DNA from: Fidelibacterota bacterium
Lineage (GTDB): Bacteria; Fidelibacterota; Marinisomatia; Marinisomatales; Marinisomataceae
Direction: 5' to 3'
NCBI GenBank assembly: GCA_045560315.1
Contig: JBJKZN010000032.1
Coordinates: 1-59,020 of the forward strand
Length of the DNA: 59,020 nucleotides
Shown in pieces: positions 1 through 10,004 of this stretch. Under the pieces are notes generated by a model that saw nothing but the letters and a program-made list of their open reading frames with translations, was not told the origin of the DNA and searched no databases. The position numbers were made by a program, and so were the translations under genes. The first letter of the stretch is position 1. Each line of letters begins with the position of its first letter.

Positions 1-1
1 T

Positions 2-133
2 ATCAAGTCTATTCCACAAGGAAGAATGGGAGAGCCAGAAGATATATCTGGTATGGCCTTATATTTAGCTTCTGATGCCTCAGATTTTATTACTGGATCG
101 ATGTTTGCAGTAGATGGTGGATTGACTACCTAA
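2..133 (+). CDS. SDR family oxidoreductase, C-terminal fragment (5' truncated by window edge)
   Basis: Frame 2 reads [43 protein letters not shown], the typical SDR C-terminus (P-x-GR-x-G-x-PED...ITG...VDGG); absent from the ORF track. Confidence 0.88.
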   Translation: MKSIPQGRMGEPEDISGMALYLASDASDFITGSMFAVDGGLTT

Positions 134-774
134 TCAGTTAGCCAACTATAGAAATCGTCAATATGTTCAAAAGTATAAGCACCGGTTGCTTTTAACCTCT
201 CTACATCATTGTGTCCATTATATACTAAAGCACAATCAATGCCCAATGATTGGGAAACACTGAAGTCTAATATGCTATCACCAACAATAATAGTTTCAGA
301 TGCGGGAATATCTACAGCCATCATTAGTTCACTGCCTTCATATTCTTTCCCATAGCCTGACGGTGTGCTGCTTATTCCTACAATATTATCTAAGTAGTTG
401 TGCAAATCAAAAAATCCTACTTGCTCTGTAAGTCTTTGTTGTATAGTGGCAGACAGAATGCTTTGAATGGTATTTGTTTCATTTATTTTAATGATAGTTT
501 CCTTAGCAAATGGCTGAAGAGCTAATTTTCTAAATTGTTGCTCAAATCCATCATGAAATTCTTTATTAGTTTTTTCAAATGGTTCATTTTCAAAATTAAA
601 TCCAACTGATTCATAAAACGTTTTAATCGGAAAAAGAAACTTTTCTCTATATTGTTGGATACTAACTTTAGGGATATCGCGCTTACTAAGGGATTCATTA
701 AGAAGGGCTACGCAAAGCGATGTATCATTCAACAAAGTCCCATTCCAATCCCATATTATATGCTTATATTTCAT
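130..774 (-). CDS. HAD family hydrolase (phosphoglycolate phosphatase-like)
   Basis: Motif I WDWNGTLL and motif [10 protein letters not shown]; start moved to ATG at 774 (MKYKHIIW) because motif I normally lies a few residues from the N-terminus. Confidence 0.85.
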   Translation of the reverse strand: MKYKHIIWDWNGTLLNDTSLCVALLNESLSKRDIPKVSIQQYREKFLFPIKTFYESVGFNFENEPFEKTNKEFHDGFEQQFRKLALQPFAKETIIKINETNTIQSILSATIQQRLTEQVGFFDLHNYLDNIVGISSTPSGYGKEYEGSELMMAVDIPASETIIVGDSILDFSVSQSLGIDCALVYNGHNDVERLKATGAYTFEHIDDFYSWLTD

Positions 775-1405
775 GGATTTGAAAATAGACAAAAAAATTA
801 CATTAATAAAGAAAAGACTCAATCAAAGTTTGCCTGGGTGGGATAGTCAGAAGAAAATGGCAGTAATGCCTATTAGTCCTGTAACACGACTTGCTTTTAT
901 CCCTCCAGCAAATGCAAAGTTAGCAGCAGTAGCTATTATATTATTCCAAGAAGATAATAAGTTAAAATTTTTCTTAACCAGAAGAACATCTAATGTTGAT
1001 CACCACAAAGGACAGATTTCTCTTCCTGGTGGTGCAAAGGATGAAGGTGAATCATTTGAGGATGCTTCTTTGCGTGAGAGCAAAGAAGAAATTGGTGTTA
1101 ATGTTGATTTAGATTTACTTGGGGAATTAACACCGCTCTATGCACCTGTTTCTGGATTTCTAATTCATTCATATATTTGGTATGTTAAAGAAAGACCAAA
1201 TACCATAATTAATGAAGATGAAGTTGAATCAATACATGATGTTGATTTAGACGAGCTACAAGATAAGAATGTCTTATCCACCAAACCTGTGAATGTAAAA
1301 GGGTTAAGCATCAAAGTACCAAGTTTTAAATTTGACAGCTGCACCTCTTGGGGTGCAACTGCTATGATTTTATCAGAATTAAAAGATACTTTAGCTGAAA
1401 TCTAA
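773..1405 (+). CDS. Nudix hydrolase, CoA pyrophosphatase (NudL/PCD1-like)
   Basis: LTRR...HKGQISLPGG NuCoA motif, Nudix box GG-x5-E...LRESKEEIG, C-terminal WGATAMIL. Confidence 0.9.
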   Translation: MDLKIDKKITLIKKRLNQSLPGWDSQKKMAVMPISPVTRLAFIPPANAKLAAVAIILFQEDNKLKFFLTRRTSNVDHHKGQISLPGGAKDEGESFEDASLRESKEEIGVNVDLDLLGELTPLYAPVSGFLIHSYIWYVKERPNTIINEDEVESIHDVDLDELQDKNVLSTKPVNVKGLSIKVPSFKFDSCTSWGATAMILSELKDTLAEI

Positions 1406-2476
1406 ATCAGTATCACAATTTGAGCATGAACTACTTGCTTGAGCATCAACTTCTTCAAAACATGTAGGACACTTTTCATTCATTGGCGATTTTTCATCTT
1501 TGACAACAGCTGGAGATCCTTGTGATGCTCTAGTCCATAAGAATGAGACCATTGCTAATGTGAAAAGATAGGCTATAACTTCTCGATAACTTGGATTACC
1601 ATTGTAGCCAAAAAATCCTTTGAAAATTTGTCCTAATGCACCTTTGTCGCTAAACAATGGTCGAGGATTCCCTCCATCATCTATATTAAATGCTAGCACT
1701 GGGCCTTTATCATTAATATTCCAAATTTCGTTATTTTTCATTACTACTTTAGCTTCTTTTAATTCAGCTTTAGCTGTTTCGAGTCTTTCTAGTTGTAATG
1801 GAGTTGCTTCTGAAGAAGAATACTCACTTTCTAGAATTTGTATTTCACTCATAGCACGATATTTAGGAACTTCGTCAAATTCATGTACTCCATAAGCAAC
1901 TAAACCAGAACACACGAAAATAAGAAGTATGGATGTATAATTGAAAAACTGCTTAAGTGGAACTTTTTGTCCCTGAACAAATATCTGATAACCAAGAAAT
2001 AACGAAAGAATCGAACCAAATAATGCACCAACTATTGAAAGGCCTCCTGTTGAAAATATGATCGCATATAAGAATAGTACAACTTCAACACCTTCTCTAA
2101 AAATAGCAAAGAAAGTAAGTGCAAATAACCCCAATGCAACATTTTTATCTTTTTCGATTATTGAGGAAGCTTCTTTTTCTAAGCTTTCAGCAACATTTTT
2201 ATTTCGAGCCATCCATACAATCATTGTTGAAAGGAGTACTGCTGCGATAATCATCGTAACACCTTCAAAGATTGCCGCTTGATGTCCATTAAATCCGCCT
2301 AATAAGACTTGAAAAATTACAGCAAAAATTCCTGTCATAGCGAATGCAGCTATTACACCGTTAGTAATACTTTTTGTTAAATGTTTTCTTCCAGTTTTAA
2401 TAATAAAAGTATAAAGAATTCCAACTACTAGAACTCCTTCAAGTACTTCTCTGAACATTATTAAAAATTCACTCAT
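1391..2476 (-). CDS. FTR1/EfeU-family iron permease with C-terminal CxxC..CxxC tail
   Basis: Two RExxE motifs (FREVLE, FREGVE), about 7 hydrophobic helices, GVHEF and FFGYN motifs; RBS AAGGGGAG. Confidence 0.9.
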   Translation of the reverse strand: MSEFLIMFREVLEGVLVVGILYTFIIKTGRKHLTKSITNGVIAAFAMTGIFAVIFQVLLGGFNGHQAAIFEGVTMIIAAVLLSTMIVWMARNKNVAESLEKEASSIIEKDKNVALGLFALTFFAIFREGVEVVLFLYAIIFSTGGLSIVGALFGSILSLFLGYQIFVQGQKVPLKQFFNYTSILLIFVCSGLVAYGVHEFDEVPKYRAMSEIQILESEYSSSEATPLQLERLETAKAELKEAKVVMKNNEIWNINDKGPVLAFNIDDGGNPRPLFSDKGALGQIFKGFFGYNGNPSYREVIAYLFTLAMVSFLWTRASQGSPAVVKDEKSPMNEKCPTCFEEVDAQASSSCSNCDTDLDFS

Positions 2477-2493
2477 ATTATTCTCCCCTTTTT

Positions 2494-2510
2494 TTGAGAC
2501 TTAATCTCAA
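2494..2510. promoter_or_regulatory. Palindromic operator TTGAGA-N5-TCTCAA, candidate Fur-family box
   Basis: Perfect 6-bp inverted repeat between a candidate minus-strand -10 (TATATT, 2523-2528) and the FTR1 RBS. Confidence 0.6.
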
Positions 2511-2543
2511 TTTTGAAGTTCTAATATAGATAGAATTCTATTA

Positions 2544-2984
2544 TCATTCAACAATCATGTAGCCACGCATAGACATTGCATGTGCTATATATGTACAAAC
2601 ATAAAGATACTTACCTGGTTTTTTTGGTACAGTAAATTCTACAAAAACTTCTTCTTGCTTGTCTGCCAATGGAGTCATTGCTAAAATCCTTCCATCAGGA
2701 TATGGCTCTCCGCCATTACCTTCTGCTAAACCAATAATCATTTGTGCTGCAGATTCATCTTTAAAGATTACTACATTGTGTTGCATCTCACCCATGAAAT
2801 CTAGCGGAGTATTATTCTTCATTATTATTTTAACTTTAGATCCAGCTTTGACAGTGAATTCTTCTACATCAAATTTCATTTCTGAACCTAATGAACTAAT
2901 AGTGACTACTTGAGCTTCTTGGCTTTCACCACCACCACAATTAATTATGATTAGTGCGAGTAGTGCGATTAGTATTTTTTTCAT
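2544..2984 (-). CDS. Blue copper (azurin/auracyanin-like cupredoxin) lipoprotein
   Basis: Lipobox IINC; type-1 Cu ligands MQHNVV and CTYIAHAMSM; PGKYLYVC strand. Confidence 0.88.
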   Translation of the reverse strand: MKKILIALLALIIINCGGGESQEAQVVTISSLGSEMKFDVEEFTVKAGSKVKIIMKNNTPLDFMGEMQHNVVIFKDESAAQMIIGLAEGNGGEPYPDGRILAMTPLADKQEEVFVEFTVPKKPGKYLYVCTYIAHAMSMRGYMIVE

Positions 2985-3041
2985 TATTATTCCCCTTTTT
3001 TATTATTAATCATAATTGGTAGTGAATATTAATAAAACTAT

Positions 3042-3674
3042 ATGTATTTTGATAGGAGTATGAATGATAAAATTCCAATTTTCCCACTTCCTTTAGTACT
3101 TTTGCCTGGCGAAAAATTACCGTTACATATTTTTGAAGAAAAATACAAAAAAATGATTGAGCACTGCCTAAAGAACAATAAAAATTTTGGTATTATTAAT
3201 TCAAAAAATAACGATTCTTTGATTATTGGATGCACCGCATCTATAGATCAAGTGGTTGGCGGAGAGAATGAAAGCAGAGAATATGATATCTTAGTATCTG
3301 GTGCAGAAAGATTTATTGTAAAGAGCTACAATACTTCTGAACAATATAAACAGGCATATGTTAAAACATGGAATGATATAGATGATACTATTGATGAGGC
3401 TTTATTACAGGAAGCAAATGTTTTTCTCTATGAAGTATTGCTCAAATTGGGAGCATCTTCTAAAATTCCGCAAATTAATATGCCAAACAGTTCTTTTGAA
3501 ATTGCTTCTATGCTAGATATAGATAAAAGAGCAAAAAAAATTCTATTAAAGAGCCAATCTGAAAATGATCGCTTAATTGTGTTGAAAAGAATACTAAAGA
3601 AGGCAATTATTAAGATTGATTATGAAGATCCTGCTAGATCTGGCTACCCTAGCTACGCACAGTTTGAAGCATAA
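3042..3674 (+). CDS. Stand-alone LON peptidase N-terminal substrate-binding domain protein
   Basis: IPIFPLPLVLLPGEKLPLHIFEEKY signature; no ATPase or protease domain; start may be ATG 3060. Confidence 0.85.
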   Translation: MYFDRSMNDKIPIFPLPLVLLPGEKLPLHIFEEKYKKMIEHCLKNNKNFGIINSKNNDSLIIGCTASIDQVVGGENESREYDILVSGAERFIVKSYNTSEQYKQAYVKTWNDIDDTIDEALLQEANVFLYEVLLKLGASSKIPQINMPNSSFEIASMLDIDKRAKKILLKSQSENDRLIVLKRILKKAIIKIDYEDPARSGYPSYAQFEA

Positions 3675-3680
3675 GCCATT

Positions 3681-6600
3681 CTATGTAGCTTTTTTAAATA
3701 TTCTATTTAACAATTCTATAAAATCATCAATAATTACATAAGCAACTGGCACTAATAACAATATAATAGTCGTTGCAAATAGAATTCCAATACCTAAAGA
3801 TATTGCCATAGGTTTTAAAAAGAGAACCTGGGTGCTTTGATTAAACAATAATGGCAAAATCCCCAAGAAGGTTGTCATTGAAGTTAGAACAACAGGCCTA
3901 AATCGTGTACGAACTGCATCTAGAACTGCTTCTCTCGTTTCTATACCTTTTTCTTTTGCTCTATTGACAAACACAACCAACAAGAGACTATCATTAACTA
4001 CCACACCAGACAATGCCACTACACCTAGAAGAGATAATACAGACATCGGTTGATTAAACATTAAGTGTCCAAGAATAGCTCCTACCACACCAAACGGAAT
4101 AGCAGACAAAACAATCAGTGGTTTAAAATATGATTTTAATGGAATTGCTAGGAGCACATAAATGATAAAGAGTGAAAGACTAAATTTTAACATAATATCA
4201 TCTAGTTGTTCGCTTTGCTCAGCAGGCTCTCCTGCCAAAGCAAAGTCTACTCCAGGTGTTTTATCCATAACTGCTTTCAGCTTTCGCATTGGTTGTCCTT
4301 CATATGGACCTCCTGGCCAAACTAGTTGCTGCAAGATCATAGAAGAGGTATTCTTAGAAACATCTACATCAGATGTCACTTCTATAACACGTTTTCCATC
4401 AACACGAACAATTGTTGCTTTTCCTTCGACTTCTTTCACATTAGCGACAGCATAAAGAGGAACCTTGATGCCTTGCGGTGTACGTATTCTCATATTTTCT
4501 AATGTAATAAGATCGTCACGTTCTTTTTTTGGAAGCTTTAGCATTACCTTAATATCATCGTCTCCACGTTGAATACGTTGAACTTCTTCTCCAAAGAATG
4601 CTTGCCTTACTTGACGTGCAATATCCATAGTAGTAATCCCATAAACCTCTGCAGAAGGCAATAATTCTATTTGTAGTTCATTTTTACCTTTAGTATCTGT
4701 ATCTGAAAGGTCATAAACACCAGAGAAGCTTGATAATAGGACCTTAGTATCATCTACTACTTGGTTTAATTTTTCAAAACTGTCACCTGAAAATTCAAAG
4801 TGAATTGATTTACCTGCAGTAAAGATATTAGCACTATAATTGAGTCGTTCAACTTCTGGTATTGTGCCAATGCGTTCACGTAATGTTTCAATAATATCAT
4901 AAGCTCCAGTCATACCCCATCTACTGTCTGCCGGAGTTAATACAACAACAACCTCTCCTAAGTGTGGAGTAGATGTTGATTTCGGGCTGATTCCGGTTGG
5001 GCTATTCTTTTCTTCTGAATTACTAAAATAATGTTGCCCAACAGTGGTGAGGACATGAGAAATAATTATTGCAGGTTCAGATGCATTCAATTCATTTTTA
5101 AGTATTAGCGCTTCTTGCTCAATAATTTCTGTTATTGCTTGTGTTTTTTCTATTGGAGATCCTTCAGGTAATTCAAATACAATCCCTACTTCTTCTGCTT
5201 CCAAAACAGGAAAGAACTGCCATTTCACTAATCCACCCGCAAGCAAGGATATTGCTATAATCATCATACCTATAAATGCGGAAACCGTTACATAACGACT
5301 GATAATAGATTTTTTCACAAGAGGTATCCAGAAATTATCTACAAAAGTATATAGTTTTGTAGAGCAGTAATTTCTTGCTTTGCTGAGCTTTTTACCAAAA
5401 CCTACAAAGCTGGTTTGAAACCATTCACCTGCATTATTTAAATGTGCAGGTAGAATTGTAGTCGATTCTATTAAAGAAAATACTAAAATTGGAATAGCGG
5501 TGAGAGGAAAAGTTCTCCATATATCCCCTGTATTGCCAGCTAAATTAAGCATAGGAGCAAATACAACAATCGTTGTAAGCACTCCAAAAAATACAGGCAT
5601 CAATACTTCCATTGTCCCTTTAATCGTTGATGTCATATTGTCTTCTTTAAGCTTGATACGTCTTCTAAAGACATTTTCTCCTACAATAATTGCATCATCT
5701 ACAACAATCCCTAACACAACAATAAACATAAACGCTGATAAGACATTTACAGTTACACCAATATTTGGAAGAATAATCAGAGCACCACCAAAAGAAATAG
5801 GGATTCCCATTGATACCCAGAATGCTACAGATGGCCTCAAGAACATGGTCAATAAAAATAAAACTAGAACCATTCCAATTGCAAAATTTTTATAGAGCAA
5901 GTTTATACGATCTTGTAGATATCGGGCCTGATCATACCAATAATCAATACTCACGTTTGCAGGCATATCAGGTTGTTTATTTTTTACATATGTTCTTAAT
6001 TGTTCAGCAGCAGTAAGTACATCTTGATCACCAACTAGGTTAGCACTTATGAACATTGCTTTGATACCATCCCATCGATAATATTGGTCTATATCAACAA
6101 ATCCATCATTAATAGTAGCAATATCTTTTAGAAGGAGCTGACTTCCATCTGGTTGACCTTTAATAACAATATTTTCATATTCACTGGCACTATATGACTG
6201 TCCCACAGTTCTAATAAGCAAATCACCACTATTGCTTGAAAGAAGTCCTCCCGGCAAATCAATTGATCCTGAATTAATTGCTATCGCTATTTGGTCAAAA
6301 CTAAGATTATATTTTTCTAAATTCTTTTCAGAGACTTCAATAGTAATTTCCTTATCTCTGTTTCCAAATATTTCTGTAAATGACACCTCATCCAGTTCTT
6401 TAATTTCTTTGTTAACCTCTTTGGTGATATTGAGGAGTACACGCTCATCTACATTCCCATATATAATAATATCGAGAACTTTTTCAATAACTTCGTACTT
6501 GCTAACAATAGGAGTTTCACTATCTTGAGGGAAGGTAGTAATACCATCCATGATTGTTTTGATATCATCTAGCGTAGTATCAATTTCAGATGTATCATAA

Positions 6601-6890
6601 ACCTGCACAGTAACCAATCCTCTTCCTTCAAGAGAATATGATCTTAACTTTTTAATATTAGATATTCCTTCAAGCCTATCTTCTATTTTAGAGCATATTG
6701 AAGATTCTATTTCTTTTGCAGAAGCTCCAGGATAAGGGACTGCTATTGTAATAGTATTTAAATCTGGAACGGGAAAAAATTCAGATTTCATTGTTGGATA
6801 GGATACAAAGAATCCACCAAAAATAAGAAAAAACATAAATAAGTTCGCAGGGACACTATTCTTAACGAACCAGGTAACGATACCTTTCAT
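3681..6890 (-). CDS. RND efflux transporter permease (AcrB/AcrD/AcrF family)
   Basis: 1069 aa, TM4 GIVVDDAIIVGEN, TM10 GVVVNDS, TM11 RFRPVVLTSMTT. Confidence 0.95.
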   Translation of the reverse strand: MKGIVTWFVKNSVPANLFMFFLIFGGFFVSYPTMKSEFFPVPDLNTITIAVPYPGASAKEIESSICSKIEDRLEGISNIKKLRSYSLEGRGLVTVQVYDTSEIDTTLDDIKTIMDGITTFPQDSETPIVSKYEVIEKVLDIIIYGNVDERVLLNITKEVNKEIKELDEVSFTEIFGNRDKEITIEVSEKNLEKYNLSFDQIAIAINSGSIDLPGGLLSSNSGDLLIRTVGQSYSASEYENIVIKGQPDGSQLLLKDIATINDGFVDIDQYYRWDGIKAMFISANLVGDQDVLTAAEQLRTYVKNKQPDMPANVSIDYWYDQARYLQDRINLLYKNFAIGMVLVLFLLTMFLRPSVAFWVSMGIPISFGGALIILPNIGVTVNVLSAFMFIVVLGIVVDDAIIVGENVFRRRIKLKEDNMTSTIKGTMEVLMPVFFGVLTTIVVFAPMLNLAGNTGDIWRTFPLTAIPILVFSLIESTTILPAHLNNAGEWFQTSFVGFGKKLSKARNYCSTKLYTFVDNFWIPLVKKSIISRYVTVSAFIGMMIIAISLLAGGLVKWQFFPVLEAEEVGIVFELPEGSPIEKTQAITEIIEQEALILKNELNASEPAIIISHVLTTVGQHYFSNSEEKNSPTGISPKSTSTPHLGEVVVVLTPADSRWGMTGAYDIIETLRERIGTIPEVERLNYSANIFTAGKSIHFEFSGDSFEKLNQVVDDTKVLLSSFSGVYDLSDTDTKGKNELQIELLPSAEVYGITTMDIARQVRQAFFGEEVQRIQRGDDDIKVMLKLPKKERDDLITLENMRIRTPQGIKVPLYAVANVKEVEGKATIVRVDGKRVIEVTSDVDVSKNTSSMILQQLVWPGGPYEGQPMRKLKAVMDKTPGVDFALAGEPAEQSEQLDDIMLKFSLSLFIIYVLLAIPLKSYFKPLIVLSAIPFGVVGAILGHLMFNQPMSVLSLLGVVALSGVVVNDSLLLVVFVNRAKEKGIETREAVLDAVRTRFRPVVLTSMTTFLGILPLLFNQSTQVLFLKPMAISLGIGILFATTIILLLVPVAYVIIDDFIELLNRIFKKAT

Positions 6891-8032
6891 TACTGATATC
6901 TTGGGTTGACTAGCATTCCATTCGTTGCAATACTAAGTTTTGATACAACTATTCTTTCACCAGGCATCATTCCTTCTTGAACCAATATATAATCTTTTGT
7001 CTTAGTAATGATATTTACTTTCCTGATTTCTAGTTCATTATCTTTATTGACCACTAAGAGTTCGCCATTAGGTGTTAATGCAGTATTAGGCACAATAAAA
7101 ACATCCATCAGTGTTTTACCACTAATTTCTGCCTCAACAAATAAACCAATTGGCAATATAGGTTGCGAATCTTCAATAAAATTATTTTTAAAGTTTGCAA
7201 TAAGCTTAATCATACGAGTCATTGGATCAATGACTCCATCAACACGCTCTAAATTTCCTTCCCATTCTTGCATTGTACCTTTGTAAAGAGACTTAATGAC
7301 TACCAATGACTTCTGATCTGGATTTAATTTTCTACCATCCATTGGTATATCCAGAAATTGTAAATCACTATCTTTCACAGAAAGTGTTACCTCAATTTCA
7401 TTAGATGTGTACATGGAACCTACTGGCTGTCCAGGAAGAATAGTAGAACCTAAATCAATATTTATATTTTGTATACGACCAGTATATGGTGCGCTGATTT
7501 CTGTTTTATTTAGTTTTTTTTCTGCTGAATCTACTTGAGCTTTTGCTACTTCTAGCGCTGCTTTTGCTTGTTTTAGTTGAGGTTTTTTAGCTACCAACTC
7601 TTTTGCAGTACCTTCTCCAACTTTTTCCCAAGCTTCTTGAGCAATTTCTGCTTCCGCTTGTTGTACAGCAAACTGCACCTCAGCACTTGCTAGCTGGAGC
7701 AATGCATTTTTGTATTGTAGCTGTAGATCTGTATCATCGATCTTGGCTAATATCTCACCGCTGATAACAGACGATCCTTCAGAGAATTTTTTTGAACGAT
7801 AAATAACTTCTCCACCTACTTCAGATGTTAGAATAGTCTGAGTAATGGGGGTGGTTGTACCAGTAGACTTGATTTTTATTTCATAGTCAACTGGTGTCAA
7901 TATTTGAACATTTACATCTATAGGAGAGGGCTCTTCTATGGGTTGTGGAGATACCCTACCTAGCACATATAAGGCAGAAGCAATCAGCGTGGCACCTGCT
8001 ATTATTAATATTGGTCTTAAATACTTAATCAT
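6890..8032 (-). CDS. RND efflux periplasmic adaptor (membrane fusion protein)
   Basis: N-terminal anchor, lipoyl half-motifs (SEVGGEV, ISAPYTGRI) around a coiled coil, IDPMTR; adjacent to RND permease. Confidence 0.93.
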   Translation of the reverse strand: MIKYLRPILIIAGATLIASALYVLGRVSPQPIEEPSPIDVNVQILTPVDYEIKIKSTGTTTPITQTILTSEVGGEVIYRSKKFSEGSSVISGEILAKIDDTDLQLQYKNALLQLASAEVQFAVQQAEAEIAQEAWEKVGEGTAKELVAKKPQLKQAKAALEVAKAQVDSAEKKLNKTEISAPYTGRIQNINIDLGSTILPGQPVGSMYTSNEIEVTLSVKDSDLQFLDIPMDGRKLNPDQKSLVVIKSLYKGTMQEWEGNLERVDGVIDPMTRMIKLIANFKNNFIEDSQPILPIGLFVEAEISGKTLMDVFIVPNTALTPNGELLVVNKDNELEIRKVNIITKTKDYILVQEGMMPGERIVVSKLSIATNGMLVNPRYQ

Positions 8033-9450
8033 CGTTTGTAGTTGAAGCCTCCTCCAAGTGATAATATTAAGTTTATTCTTTGTTCAATGCGAATTCTTTC
8101 TGCGCTCGCTAACATATTCTTATTGTCAAATAATGCATTATTGGCGTTGATCACTTCTTCGATACTTGCTACACCTCGAGTGAATTCATCAAATGTTGTA
8201 TTGTACATAGATTCAGATAATGCAATATTGCTTTTTAATAGATTGAGTGATAGCTGTGCGCTTTGGTCAAATTCTAAACCCGACTCTACTTCTTTATATG
8301 CAGTTAATAAATTATTAACAAAGTCTAGCATTGCAATTTCTTGATTAGTTTTAGCAATTTTTTTATTTGCTATGAGTTTTCCAGCATTGAAAATAGGTGC
8401 AAATAAATTAACGCCATTACTCCAAACGCTGAAATCATCATTTAATAAATCTTGAACATTGCTTGATGCCCCTGTTGATCCCACTAAACTGAATGAAGGA
8501 TATAGTGATCGCATTGCCTGTTTGTTGAGCGCCTTAGATGCCAGTAAGTTATACTGCGATGCGATTAAGTCAGGACGTCTTTTTACGATATCAGCTGGTA
8601 AAACTTGCGGTATATTTGGAAGAGATTGCGGAAAATCTTTTCCTGTATCCAATGTTAAATTTGGATATTCTTTTATCAGAACCTTTCCTTGACGAACAAG
8701 AGAAGTAGCAATACTTTTTTTATTTTCCAAATCACTTTTTGCAAGATTTAATATCATTTCTGATTGTTGCAATGCTTTTAATGATATAACGCCTTTATCA
8801 TATCGGCTTGTATATAAGTCAAAAATAATTTTCGCATTATTATATTTTTGTTCAGCATTTTCTGTTAATTGTTTTGCTTCTATAATCGAGAAGTAGAGTT
8901 TTGTAGCTTCAGATGTTAGAGAAAATTGATAATAGGTATAATTATATTTTGCAGATAGATATTGTTGTTTTCCTGCAAGCCTTCCTTGCCTCATTTTACC
9001 CCATAAATCAATTTCCCACTGCGTACTTAATGATAGATTATAATTTTCTTGTGTAAACGTTGTTATTTCATCATCCTGATTCCCGAAGAAAGAACTAAAG
9101 ATTGAAGGAAAGCCAGCTGTATTTTGTTCAGACTCTGATCCGCTAGCGCTAATTGCAATAGATGGAAAAACATTGGAAGTTGAAATTACAGATACCTGTT
9201 TTGCAACTCTTGTATTGAGCATGGCTTGTTCTAAGTTAATGTTTTGTTCCAAAAATTGATTTAAAAATTGATTTAATTTTTCATCTTGAAATTCATTCCA
9301 CCATATATCTGAAATGTTAATTGTTACTGGAGTGATAATTGACCAGTCTTCAGGAATATTACTTACTATGCTTTCTGGTTCAATAGCTTTTTTACTTGCA
9401 CAGCTTGTTACTAAGAGAATAAGCAGTAGTTTGATTGTATATTTTCCCAT
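8029..9450 (-). CDS. TolC/OprM-family outer membrane efflux lipoprotein
   Basis: Lipobox VTSC, WWNEFQD, WEIDLWGK, RRPDL, terminal SLGGG. Confidence 0.93.
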   Translation of the reverse strand: MGKYTIKLLLILLVTSCASKKAIEPESIVSNIPEDWSIITPVTINISDIWWNEFQDEKLNQFLNQFLEQNINLEQAMLNTRVAKQVSVISTSNVFPSIAISASGSESEQNTAGFPSIFSSFFGNQDDEITTFTQENYNLSLSTQWEIDLWGKMRQGRLAGKQQYLSAKYNYTYYQFSLTSEATKLYFSIIEAKQLTENAEQKYNNAKIIFDLYTSRYDKGVISLKALQQSEMILNLAKSDLENKKSIATSLVRQGKVLIKEYPNLTLDTGKDFPQSLPNIPQVLPADIVKRRPDLIASQYNLLASKALNKQAMRSLYPSFSLVGSTGASSNVQDLLNDDFSVWSNGVNLFAPIFNAGKLIANKKIAKTNQEIAMLDFVNNLLTAYKEVESGLEFDQSAQLSLNLLKSNIALSESMYNTTFDEFTRGVASIEEVINANNALFDNKNMLASAERIRIEQRINLILSLGGGFNYKR

Positions 9451-9452
9451 AT

Positions 9453-9989
9453 TTATTTTGCCATTAAATATTCAGATATTTTAAATAATAGAATCAAGCT
9501 AATAGCCCAACTAATACTAATGATTGCATAGTTAATATCTCCATCAGTAATAGAAGCTGCATTAATTGTTTCACCAGCCATGTAAGCTAATGGAGCTAGC
9601 AGTCCATAAAATCCAATAAGAAAATATTTCCCTCTTAGTCGATTCATGACATGATTAATCTGAGCTGCAAATCCTGCCCACATACATAGTATCCATATTG
9701 GAGCTAAATGAGGAATAGATGTTATATTACCATTATAAGATACAACCCCAAAAAAAGAAAAACTGGAATCGACAATTATTCCCATTAAGATTGCTATGAA
9801 TATTAATTGAATTTCTTCTTTAAGATGATCGGTAACAATCATAAAGTGTAGATATAAAAATATAAGAGTTGGTATTAATGCAAGAGCTATCTCACCTTGA
9901 GCTCCACTATAAATACAACAAAACCATACTATTGAGAAACCAAAATAGTTAATAGCAACATTAGTATGTGATAGGATATATTTAATCAT
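9453..9989 (-). CDS. DUF2878-like membrane protein
   Basis: N..GF.IVWFCC start, APIWILCMWAGFA and APLAYMAG motifs, multiple TM helices. Confidence 0.7.
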   Translation of the reverse strand: MIKYILSHTNVAINYFGFSIVWFCCIYSGAQGEIALALIPTLIFLYLHFMIVTDHLKEEIQLIFIAILMGIIVDSSFSFFGVVSYNGNITSIPHLAPIWILCMWAGFAAQINHVMNRLRGKYFLIGFYGLLAPLAYMAGETINAASITDGDINYAIISISWAISLILLFKISEYLMAK

Positions 9990-10004
9990 GTTTAATAAAG
10001 GTTT

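Noticed and set aside
775-822. Longer N-terminus for the HAD gene
   Set aside because: Would overlap the Nudix gene by 50 nt and place motif I unusually far from the start
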